From Selaginella moellendorffii (lineage: Eukaryota > Plantae > Lycopodiophyta), in the NCBI RefSeq assembly GCF_000143415.4, contig NW_003314267.1, positions 3,617,138 through 3,681,137 on the forward strand: 64,000 nt of DNA, written 5' to 3'. Positions 45,324 to 58,813 of this stretch are shown in pieces. The position numbers were made by a program, and so were the translations under genes. Every line of letters starts with the position of its first letter. Position 1 is the first letter of the stretch. The notes under the pieces are model-generated. The model had not been told where the DNA came from and made no database searches. It saw only the letters and a program-made list of their open reading frames with translations.

Positions 45324-46169
45324 TTAAGGATTGCCCCGCAAGAATTGTAAAATGTAGAGGAAAAGGTTGATCACATCAATGTAGAGATTCACGGCTGCCC
45401 ATACGTACTCGTCGTAGTCAAAGCGTTGGATCAACAAATAAGTGTCATAAACGATGTAGAGGCTGAATATTAGCGCTCCAAGGAGCGTGTAAACACTCGT
45501 CAACATTCGCACAATGGGAAAGAATGCCTGCATTGCGTTTTCGTAACAGGGGTGATGAACTTATGCTGAATGCGCGTACCTGGATGATTCCCCAAACTAT
45601 CAACACCAGTACTGATGCAAAAAGCAACGGTCCCAAGAAGCCGAAATCGTATCCTCGATTCACCGCCCAAAATGTAAAAAGCGTCAAACCGATCGTAATT
45701 GTTGCGGTAAGAATCAATGCTTGCAATACAATCTCCCCTGTAGGGGAGAAATCAGGAAAAGTTCCAACTCAAGGTGAACACAAAAACATTACCTCGAGTA
45801 TAAGCACACACGAAACCAACCGTTAAGCTTAATAAGATGGTGAAGAAACCCAGAAGGATGAGGTTGAGTGGATGCTTCTGGCGATAAATGTAGAGGGGGC
45901 ACAACACTGCCAGGGAAAAAAAGTCAAAACTTGTTATGAGAAATCAAATACTTACGTATGAGCGCGAAAACGCCTAACGCGAGCGATATCCATGGGGTGT
46001 GTCCCAAGGCTCTGTTGATCGGCTTCACAGCAACAACAATGCCAGCAACAATCGCTGTGAGGACGAGCTGGCTCATCAGGATCCCATACACCTTCCTGAT
46101 AAAACCCCATCGCAAACTCAAGTCGCTGGTGCTTCGAGCACTTTCGATGTCGCCGCTTCCTCCTGCCAT
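45324..46169 (-). CDS. Bax inhibitor-1 family / Lifeguard (TMBIM) membrane protein, 4 exons
   Basis: LRWGFIRKVYGIL, KHPLNL, YDFGFLGP, YIVYDT..LIQRFDYDEY..AAVNLYIDVINLF. Confidence 0.92.
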
Positions 46170-46297
46170 GATTCAACACGAAGCAAGCCCTTCCCTTTCC
46201 CGACTCGCAAAGATAGCTTGTCACTAAGCCACGCGGCAGCATAAAATCGCGGAACCATATTTAATATTAAAAACGGCCTGTAAAACAAACTACGGGG

Positions 46298-49200
46298 TTA
46301 GTAGCGCGAACCCGTCTTACGATGGTGAACAGCAGTCAGACTCTTAGCATCCTGCAATGGAACAGGTTACGCACGAAAACGCAAACGCAAAATTATGAGA
46401 CCTGTAACTCGCCATTCTCCACAACTGCATAGAGCAACCAATGGTCTCCAGCTTCCATTCGACTTTGCACCGTGCATTCTAGCCATGCGATCTGTACAAA
46501 ATAAAGAGATTAAAAAGGCTATCGGACATTAACACGAAATTTAGCTTTACCGCATCCGTCAAAATTTTACCACCATTGCTGGCCTCCTTTGTTTCGAGTG
46601 CACCAAACCGAGGCTCACCGGGCTTGAATGGCTTCAAAAGCTGCCGGCTGATAGCGCTGGATTTCCCTTGCCCGAGTACATTTAGTACAAAGCTGGCTCC
46701 TGGGAGTACCAAGCTTTCCACCGCTCTTTCTTTTGCAACCTACAAACGACTAATTAAGCGTGAAAACTTTGAAACACATTCTTTACTTACAGCTACAGTG
46801 AGACCCGGGGGCAGAAAGCTTGCTTGGCTGACCCATGACGCAAGCATAGCGCTTTCGGCATCACCATTTCTTGCAGACAAAACACATAATGCACCAACAA
46901 CTCTTCCAGCGGCCTGATAAAGGAAATGTAAGATTACCGTAAAGCAAAGTCTAGAAAAAAAAAAACAAGAAGACCTGCTCCACAGAAGATGCCAATACAT
47001 ATTGTTGTGCAACAGACTCTTTGGTTTTGAGCTTTGCCCGTTTCACGGTCTGCGCAATGTCTGTGCCGCTTTCTTCGCATGTCTGAAGAGTTGCCTCCGT
47101 GGGCTGCAGTTTCCAACAAGCTAAGAGAACTGGAGAGCTAGGAACTCATACCTTGAATTTGCATCGGATAGCCGGGAAAGCAAATGAGAATCCAGCATCC
47201 TTTAGTTTCTGCTCCATTTCGTCAACTGCTTCTCCACTCCATCCAAATGATCCGAAAACACCACATGGTTTTGTTCTTGCAGTGGTATCGCTTAGAATTG
47301 CTCCCAGAGCATTCTACAGTAAGAGTTAGACAATAGAAATTGACAAGAGAACATATTAACCTGAATTGGAGTAGGCATGTGGCCAGCAAGGGTGGGACTG
47401 CCGATAACAAAAGCATTAGAACGTCGAACCAAAGCACTAACTTCTTCTATTCCACAATCTTCCGTATTCAAACTTTCGACTCCAAGGCCAGCCCTAGAGA
47501 TTCCACGGCTGCAAAATAAACAAGCTAATCACAAGAGAGATGTGGACAGTTAGTATTTACCTGATGGCCTGAGCAAGAGCAGCCGTATTTCCATAAGCAG
47601 AAGCATATATGACAGCTATTAGGCCATCGTCAATCTGTTTAATTTTTTCTTGTGTCCACTATAAAACAACCGAGTGAGTTCCCAACAGATTTCCCTCACA
47701 AATCTTACCGCCCGGTATTCCCTAACAAGTTCCGTGACTGATGAGCGAACGATAGGCCCATGAAGTGGGCACATTGCAGACACAACTAGCTCTTTATTTG
47801 AATCAGTTGTGGTCTTGGCCAATACAGCAGAGGCGCCGATTGAAAGATTCAGAGGACTCAATAAACCAGACAGGACATATTGTATGTCTGCCTGTAAACC
47901 AAAGAACAAAGCTTACAACGTGCAAAATGTTTCGAAAAGCGCTCACCTTTATAACGTCAACACCTGCTTTACCAGCATAGCTTGGTGGTGAAAACTGTGC
48001 CACAATCGGAAGTTTTCGAAGAGCAGCATCAGCCTGTAGTTCTCCAAGATTCAGTTTGCATACATATATAAAAGCACGATCAATACCTGTTTTGAAACTG
48101 GTCCGAGCATGCACTCATAAAAAAATCTCCAGTGCTCTCCAAAAACTTCCCATCCTCCAACATCAAAATCGGTATCTGTGCAAATGTGTGCACTGCAACA
48201 ACACGCTACAGATGCGCCCCATGAAACTCGTCATACTGGTAATGCCATACCTGAAAAGCTTCTGGGTGAACAAAAGCTGACTAGAAGGGTCGTATGTGCA
48301 CATCCCATCGGGCCACCTTGGCGTTGGCGTGAGAATAAACTGCAACTCGTGGCCTGTTGGTTAGTTTTCTACTGAGTAGTAGAACTGAAATTACAAAAGC
48401 AAAAAATAAAGGTGAGCAGTGAGGAAGATACTGACCATTTCCAAGGTCTAAAGTTTCGCCGGACTTTACAACATTGATGGACAGCACTTTAGCCTTGTAT
48501 TCTTCTGGCAGAGACGACGTAAGCTGGACTGCAGCTGGATTGGAGCAATACACCTGCAAGGGAAGAGCTGCAAGTCCCACGGCTTCATTACGATCCGAAT
48601 CAAAAATAACAACCACTAACCATTTTCAGGAATAGCGTCGCCTATTGCGATCAGCGTCTGCAGTCGTTTGGGACTTATGTGACCAAGCACAAGGTACTTT
48701 AAGCTCTCCATGCTGATGGCTTGAGCCAGAGCATCAACGTGACCTTTCGTGAATGTTTGGTCAGGTACATCAATCAGTGCTGTGCAACTTTGGCCTTTGA
48801 TAATATACGAGTTGTCGGTGGTGCCAGCCTTCAAACCATACTCCACCTATAACTTCCACATTAGCTTTCACAGTCGGAAAGATGGGAAAATTAAAGAGAC
48901 ACCAATTACCTCAAACTTGAGCCTCTCTAGGCTTTGATCTCTCAAGCTGAACGTGTCATCGGTCAGTTGTACCAATCTCAAGTATGTTTTCTATATCACA
49001 GCCGAGCTTTAGTGGATGAAATTTTTTTTCTTAGCGATCCAAATACCTTCGATTCGAGAGGAGCTGGCTCCTGAGCCGGAGCTGAGACGACAGCCTTGGT
49101 CGCACGGACACAAACGCGCGAGAGTTTCCTACTGTGCTGCTGCTGCGCCTGCGCCGAAAAAAACGAAAGAATTCATGCGCCCCTCCTCTTGCGGGATCGA

Positions 49201-49307
49201 AATATTTCGCTCACCTCAACCGATCTTGGCCGCGACAGCAACGGCGACGCTTGCGGACATGATAGAAGCCTGGCATTTTGTAGCGCCTGGGAGGAGACGG
49301 CGGCCAT
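46298..49307 (-). CDS. FLVA: Chloroplast flavodiiron protein, FlvA/Flv1 type, multi-exon
   Basis: Transit-like start MAAVSSQAL; ERLKFEVEYGLKAGTTDNSY, GHISPKR, TPRWPD, PLHGP; flavodoxin YASAYGNT and GSFGWSGE; flavin reductase ASWVSQASF..PG, GDHW and TAVHHRKTG. Confidence 0.88.
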
Positions 49308-49906
49308 CGCCGAGACGAGAACCAAAAACCCTCTTTATCGGATAAGAGAGAAAAGAGAAACGCACGGCCAGGATTTGACCATATTGGAAAATTAGGGCTC
49401 TTATGGCCAAAGCGCGGGAAAGTAACGCTACAGAACGATTCCAGTTGCTAAAACCATAGTAACGATCGCTTGACAATACCTGCAAAAAAAAAAGCTCTGT
49501 CCCTTGGATCTGATCTTGCAGCCCCTCCTTGAGAATCCACGGAAGCAGACTTCTTCTTGAGAGCTTGGCAAAATCTGAGATATGGTGGATTTGGTGTGAT
49601 TTCCACGATCATCGGGAACGCTACTCTCATCACCGGGACGATAACCACCATGAAGTCGTGATCGAGCAGCCTGTTGAGAGTTCCATCTCAGCCTGACGAC
49701 ATCGCAGATTGATGATCAGCTCGAATTCGACTCCCAAGAAACTGATCACACCCCAGATCCAAGAACGTTGCGCCGGAGATCTTGCCAGCGATGATCTTTG
49801 CAGTTCACACAAGCCCGTGACGCCAAGAACAAACAGGCTGTGCGATCTTTTTCCTGCCTGAAGTTTGCAAAATAAGAACAGAGAACAAAAAGATGGCATA
49901 CCGATT

Positions 49907-50758
49907 TCACGAAACATTCGCTCCGATGAGCGATCTCGATGTAACAACACCGGCAGAGGTTCGCATTGGCTGGCCTTCGAAGTACACGACCAGATCTTCG
50001 CCAGTTGTCAGCTTTGGTTGAAGAGCTTCCCAAAGTTTCTTCTTTTGGAGCTACACAAGGAAGAACATAAGAACCAATGGGATGCTAATGTTCTATGATA
50101 GAAAACAATCCAATGTACCTGGTTGGGAGTAGCAGCAGGAGCCTGGGAGGATTTCTGGTCCTCGGATCCAAACCAGATTCGCTCTCCAGGAACAGACCCT
50201 TCGGGAGGAATAACAAGCTCGACGTTCTCGTGAGCTTTGTCCGAGGCCGCCAAGAGCATCCCATTGGATTTCACCCCTTTCATGTTTCGAGGCTTGAGAT
50301 TCGCAAGAACAGCCACAAGCTTTCCCTGACAAAATTCTTCCTTTAAGAAATGCTAAAGAAATTTTCCTTACCTGGAGCTCATCTTCCGGCACGTAGTTCA
50401 CAAGCCCGCTACAAATCGTCCGTGGCCCCGACTCCTCCGCCATGTCCACTTCCTCCACATACAAAGAATCGGCATCCGGATGCTTCCAAGCCTTGACGAT
50501 CCTCCCTACCCTGATATCCAACGCATCCACGCCATTACCCTCCGATTCCACGGCCCGAGCTCCTGATTCCACAACAGGAGCTGCAGATACCATTGGCGCT
50601 GCCGCTGCCGCTACCTCTGAGGACGAATTCGAGCAAAAGAATCCACGGATCTTGCAGATCGAGCGAGATTTCACCGAAACCCTGCCCCGGATCGCTGGAA
50701 CGAGAAGACCTAATCTCGCGTGGCGCGCAATACACGACGCTCCTCCCAATGCCGCCAT
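49907..50758 (-). CDS. tRNA-binding OB-fold (EMAPII/Trbp111-like) protein with organellar transit peptide, 3 exons
   Basis: LDIRVGRIVKAWKHPDADSLYVEEVD..E..PRTICSGLV; LANLKPRNMKGVKSNGMLLAAS; KKKLWEALQP. Confidence 0.9.
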
Positions 50759-51412
50759 AGCTACAACACCTCTAGAAACTGGACACGTGGCACTAGTGTG
50801 GGATGGCTTTTCCTTTCACCGCGGTTTTTACCCAAGTAAAGATAATGCGGGGTTCACGAAAGAAATATCCCACTTCGCTCCTCCATCGTTCTCCCGGGGG
50901 TCCTATATTTAGGGCGCGCAATCGCGAGGGTTTGCCATCGTTCTTGCGCTCGTCTCCTCCCCGGATTGGAGCAGGCGCCGCTCTGCGTCGATCGAATCGG
51001 CGCGGCAATGCAATTCCAATCCCTGCGCTCCAGGTTTGCGTCGCGATCGCCTTGATTCTAGTTCCAGGACACCAGGGATTGGAACGAAATTTTGGCATCG
51101 CCTGCGCCGCTGGCCATTTGGCGAGCGGTCCGTCGCCATCGCCGTGCATAATCGCGAATTTTTTTCTCTTTTCCTTCGCGACATAGCGATCCAATCCAGC
51201 TGCTGGTGGGTGAGTTCATCGTGGCTGGCAGCCCATTGCAATCAACGTCAGCAGGCTTCTTCTAGGGTATGATACTGGCGGACAAGTCAGAGATAAACAG
51301 TGGCTCCATGGTTTCGTCCAAACGGCAGTTCTAGGCTAGGGGCAGGCTGCGGTGATGAGAATTCCTCTAGAAGAAGGTTGTAAGCGATGATCCCACTGAG
51401 AGGGCGTCGGGA

Positions 51413-53910
51413 ATGGTGATAGGCTGCTCAATCCGGCTGGTTCTTTCCAGTCTTTTAGTTTGCAGTCTATGGGGACAATCAGGAGCTCTGCGGCTCTTGA
51501 AAGACAAGGATGTTCACTACGAGAATTCATCCTGGCTCCAACAGGTTCGTTTATTTGGTAGACTTCCTTTCTTCCAGTTGTTTTGATGGAGTCTTTTCTT
51601 CTCTCTGTTGTTCTTTCCAGGATCTCCCTGGAGAAGGAAACGAGCTTTCAATTGGTCCGTTTCCAATGCTTAATGTTTCCGGGTCTTACAAGGGTACTTT
51701 CTTCGTTGGATAATACTGGAGATCTCGTTTTTTACGGCAAGTTTGTGCAGGGATATGGCGAACACAGAATCCAGAAAATGGTAGCGTTCGATTCCCAGAC
51801 TTTCAAAACTCGATGGGAACGTTTGTGGTTGAGCTTTCTAGTTCCACAACGGAAATACATGGTGTACACTACGTCCAGGTTTCTCGTTAGCGCTCTCTTC
51901 ATATACGAAACGGCTTTGACTGAATGTCGGCATTTCGGCAGGGTCATATTCTGTTATGGGACGGCATGTACGTGAAAGGAAATGATCCTCAGCTACTTCA
52001 AATGCGAATGGAAGGAGTGTATGTGTGGCCATTTCGGCAATTACGGATGGTTTTAAGCAGGTGCTTTTTTTTTTGGCTTTTTTCTTTTCTGGTTGTTCCT
52101 TTGGGTGAGACTTCACCTTAATCGGTGTTTGCAGTGCATCTGAAGCAGACTTTCTGAAAGTGGACGACTCGTTTCCATCAAATCCCTACCATCTGGTAAC
52201 GTCTGAATGCGAAGCTGTATAAGGTACTTATGGGCTGAATTTCATTCAGCTTGGCATTTTCTCGCTGCAGGTTCTACAAGAATCTCCTAGATCTCATCCT
52301 CATACCAGGAAGAGAAATGGTAATTATAGATATTAGGGAGCATTGTGGTTTCGATATATGATTGTTTCCGGCACTCGGTTGTTCTGGTTGGCTCACTGTT
52401 GAGGTTTAGGTGCTGTAATGGAAATGAGCAAAACATGCAAAGTGCATTTGTCAACGCAAATCGTCAGTGCTATCGCAGGTATTTTTTATTTTTCTTATGT
52501 AGACATGAGACTTAACTTTAATCTTACAGATGACCACCATGCATACCAAATGCGTGGATCCATAGAGAGCCCAATGATCGAAGACGAGGGCGAATGCTTT
52601 CCGTCGATAGCGATCAACGCAACTTCTGTAAATGTTGAGGCGTACTATACCAAGGCCGTCAATTACACGTTGATGGTCACTTTTGTATCCTTCATTCCTT
52701 TGCTGTTTACCTGATGCAGCTGCTATCCTTGACGAGATGCCTTTAGATCTCCTTCTTGCAGGTTCTTTTCTTGATAAGGCAGATGGAGCACAGCAGTACG
52801 CAATCGGTATGAAATGTTTCCAAGTACGTTAGACAGATAGTCATGTTTTGTTTGACAGGGTGCTGCAAAAGTATCTCTTTTAATGATCGGTCAACAAGCT
52901 ATCATGGATGCGTACTTGTGTCTGCTTCATCTGACTGCAGGGATCCTTGTAGGTACGCAAGTCGTTCTATTTTGTTTATGTTGCTGGGTTTAGTATCTGT
53001 ATAACTTTTGCAGAGTCACTGTTCAATGCTTTTGCGACCGCCGCATTCTTCAAGTTTGTTATATTTTCGATTTTTGAGATGCGCTATCTACTAGCTATCT
53101 GGAAAGCGCGGAGGCCGGCCACATCCGGAGAAGGATGGGAAGCCATGAGGCGCGAGCTGTCTGTCTTGTATTCTCGGTTCTGTACGTTAGCGCTTACTTC
53201 TGAATTTGGAAATGACGACTGGTGTTGCAGATGGATTTCTTCTTGGAGGAATTCTCATAATGTATGAGCTTCATTCCATGCTGAGATATATTTTGGTCGT
53301 TTTCTACGCCTTTTGGATACCTCAAATCGTTGCAAACGTTGCTCGTGATTCACGAAAGCCTCTTCATCCTCACTATATTCTTGGGATCACATTGACCCGG
53401 CTAGCTATACCTCTCTACGCATTTGGCTGTCCGAGAAATTTTATGCGCATTGAGGTTGATGTTGGATGGTGTATCGGTATTTCGTCCTTCTTGCTACTCC
53501 AAGCGTTTTTCTTGTTGCTTCAACATTACTTGGGATCGCGCTGGTTCATTCCAAGAAAGGTGCGCTCACTTTTTCTATCTGTTTTACTAGACTAAAAGTT
53601 GGTGTTTTCAATCGCCAGTTTCTTCCGGAGAAGTACAGCTACTTCCGAAGGATCGATCGAACAGCTTTGCAGATTGGGCTTAATGGTGACAACATGGTTG
53701 TGGACTGTGTTATTTGTATGGCTGCTGTAGATATTGGACAACGCTCTTCCGATTGCATGGTAAGGCATTCAAGCTCTGCGCATTCTCAGGCTCACTTCGT
53801 TTCTTCAGGTTACGCCTTGCGACCATGTTTTTCACTCTGGCTGTCTCCAGCGATGGATGGACATCAAAATGGAATGTCCAACTTGTCGTCGATCTTTACC
53901 TCCGCTGTAA
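51413..53910 (+). CDS. FLY1: Transmembrane RING-H2 E3 ubiquitin ligase, FLY1/FLY2/TUL1 family, multi-exon
   Basis: Signal peptide; YYTKAVNYTLMVT, LIRQMEHS.TQSGAAKVS, QAIMDAYLCLLHL, FWIPQI and CVICM...TPCDHVFHSGCLQRWMDIKMECPTCR. Confidence 0.9.
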
Positions 53911-55238
53911 TATAAAATTTCTTTCGCTCTGGTATGTGCTTGACTTTCGTGAGGTATGGAGTGCTTTAGTTGGTGAGACGATAGATAGATAGAATTCATT
54001 TTTTCGATCTCTATCTATCTATCTCGCTTCCTTTTTTTCTTTTTCTTTCTCTCCCAGGCGAGAAACGTATTTGAAAGGTTGGTTCTCTTTTGTTTTATGT
54101 TGTTATGGTTTTAATTCTTCTTCCGTTTTTTTCCTTTTTCTTTCTCAGGACTGACACGGGCACACGAACAGGCAACAGGCAATTAAGTGAAATCTTTGTA
54201 GCGGGCAGACAAGCATACCTCATCAAAACGAGTGTTTTCACTCAGCCGGGTCTCTCGAATCGAATCGTCCTCTCCGAGTACAAGGCAAGCATTTCAACGT
54301 TTGAGTCAGTGGTTTATTTTTTTTGTTTTTTTTTTTTTTTTGTTTTTTTCCCCATCTCCATCTCATTTTTATTTTTTTCCGTGGAAGTTTTGCTAGATTT
54401 GTAGCTCTAGCGAGTCGTAGCTCTCTTTCGTCTTTGAGTCCCTGACCCGACGACCATCGATCGTTGTCTGGTGGTTTGGAAGTTTCAGTCGCGACCGTTC
54501 TAATGCTGTGCTATTGATGATCTCAGAAGCTATGGTTTTAGCACCAATCCAGTGCTTTTTCAACGCCAAATGTTCTTAAAGTAAGATGGCAGTGGTCTCT
54601 TCGCGATTGTGAATGGATCCTCTCCGTTCTCCAATCATTCGCTTAAAAGAAAAAATCGTAAAGAAAGAAGCAACTTTCGCATTGTTTGTATCTATCAACT
54701 TGTTTGGTGATAAGATCCAGGATGTACTAGATTAAAAAACCATGCTGCCACTATTTGGACATTCCCCGCAATAGAAACCACGTACTGGAAAAATCCATAA
54801 AAATTAGCATATGCCAGCATATGCCACATGGGCCGTGACGTCATTGTGGTCATGGCCATGGGCCCATTTTATTTCAAAGAGGAGAGAGCTCTGTGCGTTT
54901 TGTTCTCCGCTGTCCAGCGCTTTGTCCCCGCGCTTCGCATCGAATCCCTGCTCTTCTCCTCGACGATCCGCCACGGCCGCGTCTTGACGCCACTGTCAGC
55001 GGCAATGTAGCTTCTTTCCTCGCGCGAATGCGATTCCAGCGATTTCCAGGTCAGGCACCGCGGTTTCTAGTCGATTCTAGCTCCGGAGAATGGGATTTCA
55101 GTGATTCTAGCCCCGATTCTAGCTGTGAGGGAGGTTGTTGCGGGTATTCCAGCGGTTCCAGCTGCGAGCACGCAGATCTGGGCGAGCTAGGTCATGAAGA
55201 AGCTTAGCTAGTCTTTCCCCGGCTCGGGAGGGTGGGCA

Positions 55239-57314
55239 ATGGCAGAGCAGCGGCAGCGCGGCTCCGCCGAGGAGCTTATCAAGGTCGTCAATGCCGTGGC
55301 ATGGATTGGGGGGCGGACGAAGCTCTACAAGAGGGAGTGCTCCCAGCTCGTGAGGAGGCTCAGATTGATGCTGCCATTGCTCGAGGAAATCCGCGAGCTC
55401 AAGCACCATTCCCTCCCCGACGATGCTGTGACTGGCCTTCTAACGGCAACTCTCAACGCAAAGCAGCTGGTTTCCTTGTGTCAAGCGGGACCCAAGCTGT
55501 ACCTGGTACGTACGAAGAGATCTTTCGCGAATTCCATGTCTAGCAAAAGATTGATTTTTTCGTTTGTTGGTTCTCTCGTTCTTTATGCCTAGGTGCTCGA
55601 GAGGGAGACACTGACTAAGAGGTTTCTCGAGATCGCGAGACTTTTAGCTGGGTCTCTGGATCATTTGTCGCTGGAGAAGCTGGATGTTTCAGACGAAGTC
55701 TGCGAACAGGTATTCTAGCATACGAGTTGTGAGCTTGTTCTCATCGCTGGAATGTTTTGTTTCTCAGGTCCAGCTTCTTCATTCCCAGCTCAAGAGGGCA
55801 AAGATCTGTGCCAACACCCTTGAAGCCCGGCTGCACGACGATCTCCTCAGTGTTATATCCGGCACTCCTGAGGAGGTGGACCAGTCGGCATTGCGCAGGC
55901 TGGCGGAAGGTTTGAATCTCAAAACTTCCGCCGAGGTACGAAAGGAAAGTCAAGCTTTCCATAAAGTGAAGGGAGAGAACGGGATTGATGAGAGAGTAAA
56001 GAGAGCTCTTCAGCTGCTCAGCTCTATCCAAACGCCCGACAACACTGCTGCTCCGGAAGATCTCTCCAGTCAGATGGCGCGCACGGATGCGTCAACTCTC
56101 GCTGTAATACCTGATGATTTTCGCTGTCCCATATCCTTGGAGCTCATGAAGGATCCCGTGATCGTGGCTACTGGACAGGTTCGCTTTCACGTTTTCTTTC
56201 TTCTCTCTTCTCATAAGCATGCTTGCAGACTTATGAACGAGCAAGCATCCAGAAGTGGCTTGACACGGGCCATAAAACCTGTCCCAAGACACAGCAAGTT
56301 CTTCCCCATCAGGTGCTCACGTCAAACTTCGTGCTAAAGAGCCTCATCTCCCAGTGGTGCGAGAGCAATGGCGTGGACTTCCCTCAGAGGATGGGGACCA
56401 GCCGAAAGAGCTGCGCGGCCGAGAACTCTTCTTCCCCGGAGCGAGCAACCATCGACGGGCTCGTCCAAAAGCTCGCGAGTGGCCAGCCCGACTTACAGAA
56501 GGCCGCTGCAGGGGAGATCCGGCTGCTCGCGAAGAAAAGCGCCGAGAACCGAGACTGCATAGCCGAGGCCGGAGCGCTCCGTCACCTGGTGAATCTCCTC
56601 GCAACCAAGGACCTCCGGACGCAAGAACACGCAGTCACGGCTCTCCTCAACCTCTCCATCAACGACAACAACAAAGGTCCCATCGTCATGCTCGGGGCCA
56701 TCGATCCCATCGTGGAGGTGCTCAAGTCGGGCAGCATGGAGGCCAGGGAGAACGCCGCCGCGACGCTCTTCAGCCTCTCGGTGGTGGACGAGAACAAGAT
56801 CACCATCGGCGCCTCGGGGGCGATCCCGGCGCTGGTGGAGTTGCTCCGGGATGGAAGCGCCAGGGGGAAGAAGGACGCGGCCACCGCCCTCTTCAACCTC
56901 TCGATCTACCAGAGCAACAAGGCCCGAGCTGTGCGATCCGGCGTCGTCCCCCACCTCATGGACTTGCTCGTCAACCAAAGCATGGCGATGGTGGACGAGT
57001 CGCTCACCATCCTCGCGATACTGGCGACGCACCCGGAGGGGCGGCTGGCGATCGGGCAGTCCGGGGCGGTGCCGGTGCTGGTGGAGCTGATCAAGACGGG
57101 GTCGCCCAGGAACAGAGAGAACGCGGCGGCGCTGCTCTATGCCTTGGGTGTCAACGATTCGAGCCATCTGGTGGCGGCGCTGGAGCTGGGAGCGGCGGAG
57201 GCGCTGGCGGAGCTCTCACAGAATGGGACTGCGAGAGCCAGGAGGAAGGCCAACGCGCTGCTGGAGCTGTCGAGCAAGCACCAGCACCAGCAGCAACACC
57301 ATCGCTGTTCATAG
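55239..57314 (+). CDS. Plant U-box/ARM E3 ubiquitin ligase (UND + U-box + ARM; PUB10-14-like), 4 exons
   Basis: [41 protein letters not shown]; ARM repeats QEHAVTALLNLSI and ARENAAATLFSLS. Confidence 0.93.
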
Positions 57315-57525
57315 ATTCTTCTTCTACGAGATCCAGCTCTTTGACTCTTTTTGACTATTGTTTGACCTGGATTGACTGCCAGGACTTGCAGTTGCCACCT
57401 TTTGGACGTGTAACGATTGCCTGCATGGCTACGAATGTTAAAAAAAGTATTTATAGTATTAACAAAGCTTATGCTATTGTTTGACCTGGGAAAATCCGCC
57501 ACCTTTTGGACGTATGCGCCTCTAC

Positions 57526-58735
57526 TCAGTTATTAGAAAGCTCAACATTGTCTAAGAGACGAACACTACCAAACCATGCAGCAATTGCAAACACCGATGG
57601 CTTCGTAATTTTATCAACACTTTTCAGCGTTTCTTGGTCGACGATCTAAGCACAAAAACATTAGATTGAACAGCCAAGAAAATTTATAAATCTTACGCTT
57701 GCATAATCCACTTTGCCACCTGCATTGCTGATGGCAGTCACTGCCTGTTCTATAAGAACACTGGAATCCGTCTCGCCAGATCTCACAAGCTCCTCAGCCC
57801 TCTTGAGCGAATGGAAGATCGCCAAAGCCTGAGCCAAAGAAAGAGAGACTAGTAGTTAGAAGAGTCACAAAGAACTTTACATTTTTTCTTTCGGTCGCAG
57901 TGAGTCTAACGTTCCGGGAGCTCATTGCAAGGCCATCAGCTTCTCGTACAAGCGGGCAGCCGATCACCTCCACTCCAAAGTCCAAATCCCTCACCTAAGT
58001 TAAGGCAAGAACTATAAAAAATGAGCTTCAATTGAAAAAACAAAACGACGAAAGGAATGGAGGAAAACGAAGAAATGAATGGAAGAAAACGAAGAAAGGA
58101 ATGGAGGAAAGCGAAGAAATGAATGGAAGAAGACGAAGAAAGGAATGGAAGGAAAGAAAATGAAAGAGCTTACCATTCGAGCCAGGACTCGCCATTGTTG
58201 GTAATCCTTCTTGCCAAACACGACCACGTCCGGCTCCACAATGTTGAGAAGCTTGGACACCACGGTAGCAACACCCCTGAAGAACAATGGACGGCTTCCA
58301 CCGCAAAGAGACTTTTCCAAGTTCTCCACCCGGATCCAAGTCTCGTGGCCGGACTCACCATTCTTCTCGGGTGACTCTCGGACATACAAGTCGTGTGGAT
58401 TGAAAATGATGTCCACGCCAAGTGGCTGCTCCAAAAAGAAAAGCAAGTAAGAAAGAAATGCGAGAGAGAGAGAGACGATAATCCACCTTGAGCTTCTCGA
58501 CATCGCTGTCGAAATCGCGGGGATACACATCCAGATCCTCCCCGGGAGCAAATTGCCCGGGATTCACATAAATCGACACCACCACTTTGTCCGCTCGCAG
58601 CCTCGCCTCGGCCACCAGCGACAGATGACCTTGGTGTAGGAATCCCATCGTCGGCACCAGCGCGATCCGCTGGCCGCATTGGCGCTGGGACCTCGACCAC
58701 TGCCGCATCGCCCCCTTCTCCCTCACGATCGCCAT
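57526..58735 (-). CDS. PANC: Pantoate-beta-alanine ligase (pantothenate synthetase), multi-exon
   Basis: [63 protein letters not shown] and VRLLDN. Confidence 0.95.
58044..58155. repeat. Purine-rich ~21-22-bp minisatellite in a PANC intron
   Basis: About five imperfect copies of acgaagaaa(g/t)gaatgga(g/a)gaaa. Confidence 0.8.
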
Positions 58736-58813
58736 AGAACCCTAATTCTTAAACCCTGAGCTCAGGGTTTTAAATCAAGCATATTCAGACTATATCTTAA
58801 AGAATATTCAAAT

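Noticed and set aside
49448-49900. Possible extra gene between FLVA and the tRNA-binding gene
   Set aside because: No coherent ORF or motif; more simply a spliced 3' UTR (GT donor just after the stop at 49907)
44090-57484. Long overlapping ORFs at 44090..45226 and 56354..57484
   Set aside because: Antisense or off-frame shadows of the PLA1 and U-box genes
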